NCBI GenBank assembly: GCA_028097405.1
Contig: JAOHEK010000014.1
Span: forward strand, 2,147-66,146
Direction of reading: 5' to 3'
DNA from: Paracoccaceae bacterium
GTDB taxonomy: Bacteria; Pseudomonadota; Alphaproteobacteria; Rhodobacterales; Rhodobacteraceae
Length of the DNA: 64,000 nucleotides
Position 1 is the first letter of the stretch; each line of letters starts with the position of its first letter. The notes under the pieces were generated by a model. It saw nothing but the letters and a program-made list of their open reading frames with translations. It was not told the origin of the DNA and searched no databases. This document shows positions 1-8,443 of this stretch, one piece after another. The translations under genes were made by a program, and so were the position numbers.

Positions 1-187
1 CCACCTCATGCACGTCGACAATGCGTGGTTCGCAACCTTTGGACACGTCCTTGTCGTAGACAAGCTCAATGACCCGGTTCGTCTCGGCGGCCTCACAAAG
101 CAATGCTTCGTGCTCGGATTGTGCGAAGGCAGGTGTCAGAGCGGTGCCGGAAACAAACAATACGATTGAGGCGTAACGGGAATTCAT
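1..187 (-). CDS. Partial CDS (N-terminal 62 codons; continues past the window edge); hypothetical secreted protein
   Basis: Minus-strand ATG at 187..185 translates to MNSRYASIVLFVSGTALTPAFAQSEHE..., which is signal-peptide-like. The frame stays open to position 1. No family recognised. Confidence 0.3.
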   Translation of the reverse strand, partial: MNSRYASIVLFVSGTALTPAFAQSEHEALLCEAAETNRVIELVYDKDVSKGCEPRIVDVHEV

Positions 188-253
188 GGGACGGGTCCTT
201 AAGTTGGCGGGCGGATACTGCTTTGGCGTAACCTAGCGGTTGTCGGCCTGAAC

Positions 254-946
254 TTACAGTCCGGGATTGCTGTCTAGTCGTTTCAGATGATCCGCCAGAG
301 CTTTGCCCGGCTCATCGTCAAAGGTATCAAAACTGACATCCAGCGTTTCGATCCGATCCACGCGGAACACGTGGAATGCACCCTGATCCTCGGACCATGC
401 TGTCAGGGTCCAGATCCGGCCCCAGTATTCTATTTGCAGGGGTCGCAAGCTCTGTTCGGTTCGCGCGTCGTCAACTGCCCGGTAGGTGATCTGCACCTTG
501 CGGCGAGAGCGGATCGCGGCGCGTAGAGGGGCCATGTGAACGAAACCGCGCGCGGCGTCTTCGAACGGATAGACCGCAAAGCCTAGGTCTGCGGCGGGGG
601 CGGAGCGATCTTCGGGTAGGACGGCGTCGATCTTGGCGGCCAGAGTGTCGGCGGCGTCTTTTATGGCCTTATCTGACGCTTTTGCGACGACCGATAGCCC
701 AAGGTGCAAGGCTTCGAGTTCCTGCAATGTCAGGTTCAAAGGTGGTAAGGTGATCGGAGCGGTCATCATATAGCCCAACCCCCGTTCGCCTTCGATAGGG
801 ATGCGGCTGGCGATTAATGTGTCCATGTCACGGTAAAGCGTGCGCAGTGAAACGCCCAAACGCTGTGCCAGATCACGGCCCCGGTGCAAACGCCCGTCGC
901 GCAAAACTTGGATCAGATCGTATAGACGGTCGCTGCGTTTGGGCAT
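254..946 (-). CDS. YafY-like transcriptional regulator (N-terminal HTH plus WYL domain)
   Basis: The HTH segment reads RLYDLIQVLRDGRLHRGRDLAQRLGVSLRTLYRDMDTL. The WYL-like segment reads LRPLQIEYWGRIWTLTAWSEDQGAFHVFRVDRI. The start was trimmed from 1117 to the ATG at 946 (MPKRSDRLY...). Confidence 0.7.
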   Translation of the reverse strand: MPKRSDRLYDLIQVLRDGRLHRGRDLAQRLGVSLRTLYRDMDTLIASRIPIEGERGLGYMMTAPITLPPLNLTLQELEALHLGLSVVAKASDKAIKDAADTLAAKIDAVLPEDRSAPAADLGFAVYPFEDAARGFVHMAPLRAAIRSRRKVQITYRAVDDARTEQSLRPLQIEYWGRIWTLTAWSEDQGAFHVFRVDRIETLDVSFDTFDDEPGKALADHLKRLDSNPGL

Positions 947-1116
947 TTTGGGTCCGATTCGAGCGGGGCAACGTTGCATTCCGGAAAGTACCAACTGACA
1001 ATAACCTGTCAGTTGTCTTTGCAAAGCCCTAAAATGCTTGCGAATTTGCAGTTGCGGCTTTTCCTTGGCGATACGCTCACCTAAATAGACTGCAACAGTC
1101 AGAGAGAGTGGATTCA

Positions 1117-1332
1117 ATGCTGAATAATATTGGCCTTCCCGGCCTTCTGTTGATCGCCGTTGTTGTGCTGGTCCTATTTGGACGCGGCAAGATTTCGTCC
1201 TTAATGGGCGAAGTGGGCAAAGGGATCACCGCCTTTAAGAAAGGCGTCGATGACAGCAAAAAAGAGATCGAAGACGAAACAGCAGATGCGGTTGTTGACG
1301 TCACGCCTGTCGAAGAAAAAGACAAGGCCTGA
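1117..1332 (+). CDS. tatA: Sec-independent protein translocase subunit TatA
   Basis: [43 protein letters not shown] shows the typical TatA transmembrane helix plus amphipathic helix. The ATG at 1117 sits about 8 nt after a purine-rich AGAGAGAG stretch. The ORF track begins at GTG 1108. Confidence 0.85.
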   Translation: MLNNIGLPGLLLIAVVVLVLFGRGKISSLMGEVGKGITAFKKGVDDSKKEIEDETADAVVDVTPVEEKDKA

Positions 1333-1349
1333 GAAAGGCTTAGAAGCTT

Positions 1350-1829
1350 ATGTTCGATCTAAGTTGGGGCGAACTCCTTATAATTGGAGTGGTCGCTCTT
1401 ATCATCCTTGGACCGCGTGACCTTGTGGGCATGTTCCGCACGCTTGGCCGCATGACAGGCAAAGTGCGACGCATGGCCAACGAATTCAAAAGCGCGATGG
1501 AAGACGCTGCTGACGAGGCCGGCATCAAAGAAACTGCCGACAGTCTGAAAAGCATGACCAATCCGTCGAAAATGGGCTTGGACAAGATCAACGAAGCGGC
1601 TGACAAATTCGACAATTGGGATCCGACGAAACCGTCAAAGGCCTCGAAGGATATTGGTAGCGAGACGTCGAAACTGTCGGAAGAACGTGCCGAAGCGGCC
1701 AAGAAGATCCACGAATATTCGAAGAAAAAAGGGACCGAGAAGCGCGAGGCGGAAAAAGCTGCGGCGGCCCAAAAGGCTGAAGCGTCTGATCCGGTGCCCG
1801 ACGCGCCCAAGGCCGAGGATCAGGCATGA
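1350..1829 (+). CDS. tatB: Sec-independent protein translocase subunit TatB
   Basis: MFDLSWGELLIIGVVALIILGPRDLV... is a TatB-type N-terminus. The gene lies between tatA and tatC. Confidence 0.85.
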   Translation: MFDLSWGELLIIGVVALIILGPRDLVGMFRTLGRMTGKVRRMANEFKSAMEDAADEAGIKETADSLKSMTNPSKMGLDKINEAADKFDNWDPTKPSKASKDIGSETSKLSEERAEAAKKIHEYSKKKGTEKREAEKAAAAQKAEASDPVPDAPKAEDQA

Positions 1830-2791
1830 GCGACGCCACCGAAGCGCCCGATGACGTGCCAGAAGACGAGGTAGACGCTAGTTCGGCCCCCTTGCTTGAG
1901 CATCTGTCGGAACTGCGCACGCGGCTGATTAAAGCGGTGATTGCCTTTGTCATTGGTATTGTTGTGGCCTTTACGGTTGCCGAACCGATCCTGCAAATTC
2001 TGCTGAAACCGATTGAAGCAACGTTGCGCGGTTTGGGCGATCCGGCACCGGCGTTGCAGTTCACGTCTCCACAAGAATACCTGTTCACTTTGTTTCGGAT
2101 ATCCATGGTTTTTGGATTTGCGCTGTCGTTTCCGGTGATTGCCCATCAACTTTGGCGGTTTGTGGCCCCCGGATTGTACAAGACAGAAAAGGCCGCGTTC
2201 CTGCCCTTTATCATCGCGTCGCCCGTGATGTTCCTGATCGGCGCAAGTTTCGCGCTGTTCGTCGTGGTTCCGCTGGCGATGCAGTTCCTTTTGGGATTTG
2301 CGGATTTCTCGTTCTCGGAAGCCTTGTCCAACTTGGCCGGTGTTGTGGGCGTGTCGACCGACGGCGTCGCAGGGGCATTGCCGGAAGCGCCGCGCAGCGG
2401 TCTAGAGATCATCTTTTTCGGTAAGGTCAACGAGTCGCTTGATCTAACACTGAAATTCATCATGGCGTTTGGTCTGTGCTTCCAATTGCCGGTGTTGTTG
2501 ACCCTGATGGGCAAAGCCGGATTGGTATCAGCGCGCGGTTTGGCGAATGTGCGGAAATACGCGATGGTCGGCATTTTGCTGTTGGCCGCTTTGGTGACGC
2601 CGCCGGATGTGATCACTCAGTTGATTTTGTTTGTGGTGGTCTATGGGCTTTACGAAATCTCGATCCAACTGGTGCGCATGGTTGAGAAAAAGCGCGTTAA
2701 AAAACTGCGGGAAGAAGGCATTCTGGGCGAAGATGAAGACCTTTATTCCGAGTTTGACGATGACGAGGAAGACGAGGATCCCAAGTCGTGA
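1826..2791 (+). CDS. tatC: Sec-independent protein translocase subunit TatC
   Basis: Polytopic membrane protein with the TatC N-terminal motif APLLEHLSELRTRLIKAVIAF. Its start overlaps the tatB stop (ATGA). Confidence 0.9.
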   Translation: MSDATEAPDDVPEDEVDASSAPLLEHLSELRTRLIKAVIAFVIGIVVAFTVAEPILQILLKPIEATLRGLGDPAPALQFTSPQEYLFTLFRISMVFGFALSFPVIAHQLWRFVAPGLYKTEKAAFLPFIIASPVMFLIGASFALFVVVPLAMQFLLGFADFSFSEALSNLAGVVGVSTDGVAGALPEAPRSGLEIIFFGKVNESLDLTLKFIMAFGLCFQLPVLLTLMGKAGLVSARGLANVRKYAMVGILLLAALVTPPDVITQLILFVVVYGLYEISIQLVRMVEKKRVKKLREEGILGEDEDLYSEFDDDEEDEDPKS

Positions 2792-3624
2792 GTGATCCCA
2801 TGGAGCGGATCGCTGACGCGCTTGAGCGCATGTCGCCCGTGCCATTGGCGGCACCCGACTTCGCCGCTGCTGACGCCTTCGTGTGGCATGTGGCCCCGGA
2901 TCGCTTGGAACCTGTTGTAACCGTCAACCGCGTCGACGTTAATCTGCTGGTCGGCATTGATCGCTCACGGGACACGCTTTTGGAAAACACCCGGCAATTC
3001 GCGCGCGGGTTTTCGGCCAATAACGCGCTGTTGTGGGGGGCGCGGGGTATGGGAAAATCCAGTCTTGTGAAAGCCGCGCATGCCGCTGTTGTGGCCGAAG
3101 GATACGCGGTAAAAATCGTCGAGATACAGCGCGAGGATTTGCCATCCGTGGGGCGCTTGTTGGCGCATTTGCGCGGCACGGAAACGCGGTTCCTGTTGTT
3201 TTGCGATGATCTGTCGTTCAGCCATGACGACCATCATTACAAGTCGCTGAAGGCGGTTCTGGATGGCGGTATCGAAGGGCGACCCGAGAATGTGATCTTC
3301 TACGCCACCTCAAACCGGCGTCATCTGATGCCACGTGATATGATCGAAAACGAACGCTCCAGCGCGATCAACCCATCGGAAGCGGTAGAAGAAAAAGTGT
3401 CGCTGTCGGATCGGTTTGGGCTTTGGCTTGGGTTCCATCCTTGTACGCAGGACGAATATCTGGCGATGATCCGGGGCTATTGCGCCGCACATGATGTAAC
3501 AATTGATGACGACACGCTTTATGCAGAAGCGATCGAATGGCAGGCGACGCGCGGGTCCCGGTCGGGCCGGGTCGCTTGGCAGTACTTCACGGACTTGGCC
3601 GGTCGGCAGGGAGTACGGCTATGA
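2788..3624 (+). CDS. AAA-type ATP-binding protein of the DUF815 family
   Basis: Walker A motif GARGMGKSS and overall DUF815-like sequence. The GTG start overlaps the tatC stop (GTGA). Confidence 0.7.
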   Translation: MSDPMERIADALERMSPVPLAAPDFAAADAFVWHVAPDRLEPVVTVNRVDVNLLVGIDRSRDTLLENTRQFARGFSANNALLWGARGMGKSSLVKAAHAAVVAEGYAVKIVEIQREDLPSVGRLLAHLRGTETRFLLFCDDLSFSHDDHHYKSLKAVLDGGIEGRPENVIFYATSNRRHLMPRDMIENERSSAINPSEAVEEKVSLSDRFGLWLGFHPCTQDEYLAMIRGYCAAHDVTIDDDTLYAEAIEWQATRGSRSGRVAWQYFTDLAGRQGVRL

Positions 3625-4049
3625 AGCGGATAATGTGCATTGCGGCGCTAAGCGTTGCGGGTGCTGCGATGGCCCATGAAGGGGTGCAGAACCCTGTGGT
3701 GGCGCAGCGGATGAACACCATGACCGAAATTGGCGCGGCGAGCAAAGTCTTGGGCGATATGGCCAAGGGTGCCGTGGCTTTTGACGCAGTGGCAGCGCGT
3801 CTGGCGGCGCAATCCATTAGCGCTAAGGCCGCGACCATTGCCGAGCAGTTCGAAGCGCAAGAGAGCGACCCAAAGACGGAAGCTTTGCCTGCGATCTGGG
3901 AGAATTTTCCCGACTTTGCTGAAAAGGCCGCTGCATTAGAGCAGGCGGCTTTTGCGGCGGATGGGATTTCTTCGTTGGCGGAAGTTCGGGGCGCGCTGGC
4001 CGAGATTGGGGCAACCTGTTCAGCCTGTCACAAGCTTTACCGCGAGTAA
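3621..4049 (+). CDS. Class II cytochrome c (cytochrome c'/c556 family), secreted
   Basis: Signal peptide MKRIMCIAALSVAGAAMA. A single C-terminal haem motif CSACH lies about 7 residues from the end, as expected for a four-helix-bundle class II cytochrome. Start trimmed to the ATG at 3621 (ATGA overlap with the upstream gene). Confidence 0.7.
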   Translation: MKRIMCIAALSVAGAAMAHEGVQNPVVAQRMNTMTEIGAASKVLGDMAKGAVAFDAVAARLAAQSISAKAATIAEQFEAQESDPKTEALPAIWENFPDFAEKAAALEQAAFAADGISSLAEVRGALAEIGATCSACHKLYRE

Positions 4050-4054
4050 GCGAC

Positions 4055-4531
4055 CTATTTGCGGAAGCTGTCTAGGCTGACGACATCGCTGGCTTTGGGC
4101 TTTTCTTCTTCCAACGTGGCGTCGTCAGGATTGCTGTCTGGCTCGTTGTCAGCAACGACAGGCGATTGGGCGTCATCTTCTTGGGTTTCGAACCTAAGGC
4201 CGAATTCCACCGAAGGGTCGACGAAGGTTCGAATGGAATCGTAAGGCACATAAAGCGGCTCGGGCGTGTCGCCGAAGTTAAGCGTGACCGAAAACCCTTC
4301 GTCGGTGACTTCCAGATTGTCGTACCAGTGCTGCATCACGATCGTCATTTCTTCGGGATAGCGATCCGACAGCCAATCTGCGATTTCGACGTCAGGGTGC
4401 ATTGTATCGAAAGTGATGAAGAAATGGTGTTGCCCCGGAAGTCCTGTGACGGTCACGTCTTGAAGGACCTCTTGAATGAGGCCGCGCATCGCCCGATGCA
4501 TCAGAGTTCCGTAGTCGATGGTCTGGGTCAT
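4055..4531 (-). CDS. sspB: Alphaproteobacterial SspB-like ClpXP adaptor (stringent starvation protein B family)
   Basis: ...HHFFITFDTMHPDVEIADWLSDRYPEEMTIVMQHWYDNLEVTDEGFSVTLNFGDTPEPLYVPYDSIRTFVDPSVEFGLRF closely follows my recollection of Caulobacter SspB-alpha. It has the expected acidic C-terminal tail. Confidence 0.75.
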   Translation of the reverse strand: MTQTIDYGTLMHRAMRGLIQEVLQDVTVTGLPGQHHFFITFDTMHPDVEIADWLSDRYPEEMTIVMQHWYDNLEVTDEGFSVTLNFGDTPEPLYVPYDSIRTFVDPSVEFGLRFETQEDDAQSPVVADNEPDSNPDDATLEEEKPKASDVVSLDSFRK

Positions 4532-4729
4532 CCTTAATCCTACTGCTTGGTGCCAGAATACGAGATTCGGGGTCGAAGGAAAGGTGGGTTTTGTGGATAG
4601 TTGGTTTGAGCGCGCCGAAAGGACGCCATCATGGTTGCGACAGGTGGCTGTGTCTACGGTGAGATAGGCTGCAAGATGCGTTCAGTGCCTCTGTTTTTGC
4701 AGTGTTGCCAATGCACGCGGTGTCAGCGT

Positions 4730-5105
4730 GAAACCGGTTGAAGTGGACAGCCGATCACTACGCAGGCCAGAGAATTTATAATAGGGATAAAGTGCAGGCT
4801 TCTGTTGCCAGGTGCCTGCGAACCCCGCCTTAAGCTGCTAGGCCTAAGGGCTTAATTTTCAATAGTTCCGACTGCTTACGCAGCCATCGCCATTGGAGCT
4901 TTGTTGTCATTTGCAACTAGCTTTGATGGACCGATATCGGTGGTACCTCACCGAGACAAAGCAAACCCCTTTAGACGTCCGTCGATCCTATTTCGTCCCC
5001 ATGATCCCCAAATGAAGGATGATTGGTGGAGACGCCGGGTACCGCCCCCGGGTCCGATCCGCTTATTACGAGCGCGTTTATGTCCATAGTCACCTTACGG
5101 AGACC
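4730..5105 (-). ncRNA. ssrA: Circularly permuted two-piece tmRNA (ssrA); tag ANDNKAPMAMAA. The outer ends are approximate.
   Basis: Read on the minus strand, the acceptor piece ends ...CCGGGGGCGGTACCCGGCGTCTCCACCA at 5024. The coding piece starts GGGGACGAAATAGGATCGACGG at 5000. GGGGACG pairs with CGTCTCC and includes a G3:U70 pair. The tag frame GCA AAT GAC AAC AAA GCT CCA ATG GCG ATG GCT GCG TAA occupies 4914..4876. Confidence 0.75.
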
Positions 5106-5256
5106 TGTCGCATATAGGTTGTTTAGGTCGGTTTGGGAAGGGTTTGCTTTCGAATCTTAAGTAAATGCTGGCAGATAGGCTTCCTTCGAGATGGCGCCAT
5201 GCGATTTTGAAATCGGGGGATTAGCCAAGATCAGGTCGTCTTGAGAGGACATACCT

Positions 5257-6357
5257 ATGGCTGAGATTGTTCCATCGCGTCGGGTGCGGCGCACGCCATT
5301 TTCGGAAGGCGTCGAAGCGGCGGGAGTTAAGTCTTATACAGTCTATAACCGCATGCTGTTGCCGACGGTTTTCCGGTCGGTTGTAGAAGATTACCACCAT
5401 TTGAAATCCGCGGTGCAGGTCTGGGATGTTTCGGTTGAGCGGCAGGTTGAATTGCGCGGCACAGACGCGGGTCGTTTGATGCAGATGCTGACGCCGCGCG
5501 ACTTGCGGGGCATGCTTCCGGGGTGCTGTTATTACCTGCCGACGGTGGATGAAACGGGCGGCATGTTGAACGATCCTGTTGCCTTGAAGCTGTCGGAAGA
5601 TCGCTATTGGGTGTCGATTGCCGACAGCGATTTACTGCTTTGGGTCAAGGGGTTGGCCTATGCTTGGCATTTGGATGTGATCGTGGACGAGCCCGATGTC
5701 TCGCCGCTTGCCATTCAAGGGCCGAAAGCTGACGATCTGGCGGCCAGCATTTTCGGCGATGGCGTGCGGGATCTGAAATTCTTCCGCTATGGATACTTCG
5801 ATTTCCAAGGCGAACAGATGATGGTCGCGCGGTCGGGCTATTCCAAGCAAGGTGGTTTCGAGGTTTACGTTGAAGGCACCAAACTGGCGATGCCGTTGTG
5901 GAACGCCTTGATGGAAGCGGGTAAGCCGTTCGATGTTTATGCGGGCTGCCCGAATACCATTGAACGCATCGAAGGTGGGCTTTTGAGTTATGGCAACGAC
6001 ATGACGCGCGATAACACGCCGCATGAATGTGGTTTAGGCCGGTTCTGTTCGACCCAAACCGCGATTGGTTGCGTTGGGCGGGATGCTTTGTTGCGGGTAT
6101 CCAAGGAAGGCCCTGTGAAGCAGGTGCGCGCCATTGAGATCGACGGCGACCTGCCGTCTTGCGACAGGCTTTGGAAGGTCACAGCAGGGGATCGGGTGAT
6201 CGGACAGGTGACCTCGGCTGCGTATAGTCCTGATTTTGGGGTTAATGTGGCGATTGGTATGGTGAAAATGACGCATTGGGATGCAGGGACGCGAATTGTA
6301 GTGCAAACTCAAGATGGACCGCGCGATGCCACGGTGCACGAGACCTTTTGGCTTTAA
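5257..6357 (+). CDS. dmdA: GcvT-family aminomethyltransferase, most likely DMSP demethylase DmdA
   Basis: The N-terminus PSRRVRRTPFSEGVEAAGVKSYTVYNRMLLPTVF matches my recollection of roseobacter DmdA. So do the internal blocks ARSGYSKQGGFEVYVEG, LLSYGNDMTRDNTP and GVNVAIGMV. The gene is followed by acuI, as in Ruegeria. Confidence 0.7.
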   Translation: MAEIVPSRRVRRTPFSEGVEAAGVKSYTVYNRMLLPTVFRSVVEDYHHLKSAVQVWDVSVERQVELRGTDAGRLMQMLTPRDLRGMLPGCCYYLPTVDETGGMLNDPVALKLSEDRYWVSIADSDLLLWVKGLAYAWHLDVIVDEPDVSPLAIQGPKADDLAASIFGDGVRDLKFFRYGYFDFQGEQMMVARSGYSKQGGFEVYVEGTKLAMPLWNALMEAGKPFDVYAGCPNTIERIEGGLLSYGNDMTRDNTPHECGLGRFCSTQTAIGCVGRDALLRVSKEGPVKQVRAIEIDGDLPSCDRLWKVTAGDRVIGQVTSAAYSPDFGVNVAIGMVKMTHWDAGTRIVVQTQDGPRDATVHETFWL

Positions 6358-6368
6358 CGGAGACACAG

Positions 6369-7358
6369 ATGTTCAAGGCACTGATTGTAGAAAAAGACGA
6401 CGATGGTAATACGTCCGCCTCGGTTCAAGAGATCGGTGAAGACCGCTTGCCCGAAGGGGATGTGACGGTCGCGGTTGAATACTCCACAGTGAATTACAAG
6501 GATGGTCTGTGCATTGGCCCCGGCGGCGGATTGGTGCGGACGTACCCTCATGTGCCGGGCATCGATTTTGCGGGCACTGTCGAAGCGTCGGACGATGCGC
6601 GGTATGCGCCCGGCGACAAGGTGGTTTTGACTGGTTGGCGTGTGGGCGAAGCGCATTGGGGCGGATACGGACAAAAAGCGCGGGTGAAGGCCGATTGGTT
6701 GGTGCCTTTGCCCGAAGGGCTGACCACGCGGCAATCCATGGCTGTGGGGACGGCTGGGTTCACGGCGATGCTGGCTGTGATGGCGCTGGAAGATCACGGG
6801 CTGAGCCCTGATCAGGGTGAGGTTTTGGTGACGGGGGCCGCAGGCGGTGTGGGTTCAGTTGCGACGGCGATTTTGGCAGCCCTTGGCTATGAGGTTGCGG
6901 GTGTCACAGGGCGGCCCGAAACGGCAGAGTATTTGCGCGGATTGGGCGCGACTCGGATCGTGGGTCGCGAAGAGGTGGCCGAGACCGTGAAGCGTCCGCT
7001 TGAGGCCGAAACTTGGGCGGGCTGTGTTGATGCTGTTGGTGGAGCGATGTTGGCGCGGGTTTTGGGGCAGATGAAATACGGGGGCTCGGTCTCGGCTGTG
7101 GGTCTGGCGGGCGGCGCTGGCCTGCCTGCGACGGTTATTCCGTTTCTGTTGCGAGGTGTAAACCTGTTGGGCATCGACAGTGTGATGCAGCCCTACGAGA
7201 ACCGTCTGCGCGCGTGGAAACGCGTGGCGAGCGATCTGCCGATGGATAAGCTGGAGGCCATGGTGCAGCCCGCTACTTTGGCGGATTTGTCGGCACTTGG
7301 CGCTGATATCCTGAAAGGGCAGATCAAGGGTCGTGTCGTTGTCGATGTGAACGGCTAA
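6369..7358 (+). CDS. acuI: YhdH/AcuI-type acrylyl-CoA reductase (MDR superfamily)
   Basis: MFKALIVEKDDDGNTSASVQEIGEDRLPEGDVTVAVEYSTVNYKDGL is a YhdH-type N-terminus. The nucleotide-binding motif is GAAGGVGS. Start trimmed to the ATG at 6369. Confidence 0.7.
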   Translation: MFKALIVEKDDDGNTSASVQEIGEDRLPEGDVTVAVEYSTVNYKDGLCIGPGGGLVRTYPHVPGIDFAGTVEASDDARYAPGDKVVLTGWRVGEAHWGGYGQKARVKADWLVPLPEGLTTRQSMAVGTAGFTAMLAVMALEDHGLSPDQGEVLVTGAAGGVGSVATAILAALGYEVAGVTGRPETAEYLRGLGATRIVGREEVAETVKRPLEAETWAGCVDAVGGAMLARVLGQMKYGGSVSAVGLAGGAGLPATVIPFLLRGVNLLGIDSVMQPYENRLRAWKRVASDLPMDKLEAMVQPATLADLSALGADILKGQIKGRVVVDVNG

Positions 7359-7438
7359 GGCGCACTTTGGACCGATTTTAGGCTTTCCAGCAGGCAGTGC
7401 TGCGCCTAAACCTTAGAAAAACAATGAGGAGGGGCCGT

Positions 7439-8374
7439 ATGAGCCTGGCATTTGTATTTCCGGGCCAAGGCGCGCAGACCATCGGTATGGGGCGCGATTT
7501 GGCCGAGGCATATCCGGCCGCGAAGGCCGTTTTCGATGAGGTCGACGAGGCGTTGGGCGAAAAGCTGTCTGATGTAATCTGGGAGGGCGAGGCCGACACT
7601 TTGACCCTGACCGAGAATGCACAACCTGCTTTGATGGCGACCTCGATGGCGGCGGTGCGTGCTTTGGAGGCCGAGGGCGTTGATGTAACGGCAGCCGCAT
7701 ATGTGGCGGGCCATTCGCTTGGGGAGTATTCCGCGCTTTGTGCGGCGGGGGCTTTGGGGCTTGCTGATACCGCGCGGCTGTTGCGGCTGCGGGGCCAAGC
7801 GATGCAATCGGCGGTGCCGGTGGGCGAAGGGGCCATGGCGGCGATCCTTGGGCTTGATGTTGAAGCGGTCGTTAAGGTGGCCGAGCAGGCGGCAGATGGG
7901 GCGATCTGTCAGGTGGCCAATGAAAACGATCCGATGCAGAACGTTCTGTCTGGCAACAAGGCGGCTGTTGAACGGGCGGTTGTTCTGGCCAAGGATGCGG
8001 GTGCAAAGCGCGCTTTGATGTTGCCGGTATCCGCACCCTTTCATTGTGCTTTGATGACGCCGGCCGCAGCCGTGATGGCAGACGCCTTGGGCAAGGTGGA
8101 TTTTCGCGAACCCAAAGTCCCGGTTGTGGCCAATGTCTTGGCGGAAGGTGTGAACGATCCAACTTTGATCAGATCGCTTTTGGTCGATCAGGTTTCGGGA
8201 CGGGTCCGTTGGCGGACCAGTGTTGAGTGGATGGTCGATCACGGTGTGACGGGTTTTTGGGAGTTGGGGGCTGGCAAGGCCTTGTCGGGGATGATCCGCC
8301 GGATCGCCAAGGACTGCGAAACTCGGGCGGTTGGTACGGCGTCTGATGTGGACGAGGCTGTGGCGTCGCGTTAG
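7439..8374 (+). CDS. fabD: Malonyl-CoA:ACP transacylase
   Basis: MSLAFVFPGQGAQTIGMG plus the active-site motif GHSLGEYSAL. GAGGAGG lies upstream of the ATG at 7439. Confidence 0.9.
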   Translation: MSLAFVFPGQGAQTIGMGRDLAEAYPAAKAVFDEVDEALGEKLSDVIWEGEADTLTLTENAQPALMATSMAAVRALEAEGVDVTAAAYVAGHSLGEYSALCAAGALGLADTARLLRLRGQAMQSAVPVGEGAMAAILGLDVEAVVKVAEQAADGAICQVANENDPMQNVLSGNKAAVERAVVLAKDAGAKRALMLPVSAPFHCALMTPAAAVMADALGKVDFREPKVPVVANVLAEGVNDPTLIRSLLVDQVSGRVRWRTSVEWMVDHGVTGFWELGAGKALSGMIRRIAKDCETRAVGTASDVDEAVASR

Positions 8375-8443
8375 GGAGCTCTGCCCCCGGCGTCTGTGAC
8401 GCCTCCCCCGGGATATTTTTTGCCAGATGAAGGAGCTAGGTTG

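Noticed and set aside
4901-5089. 62-aa plus-strand ORF in the sspB-dmdA gap.
   Set aside because: It is fully explained by the minus-strand tmRNA gene (acceptor pairing, CCA end and tag frame). It has no Shine-Dalgarno motif and its composition is odd.
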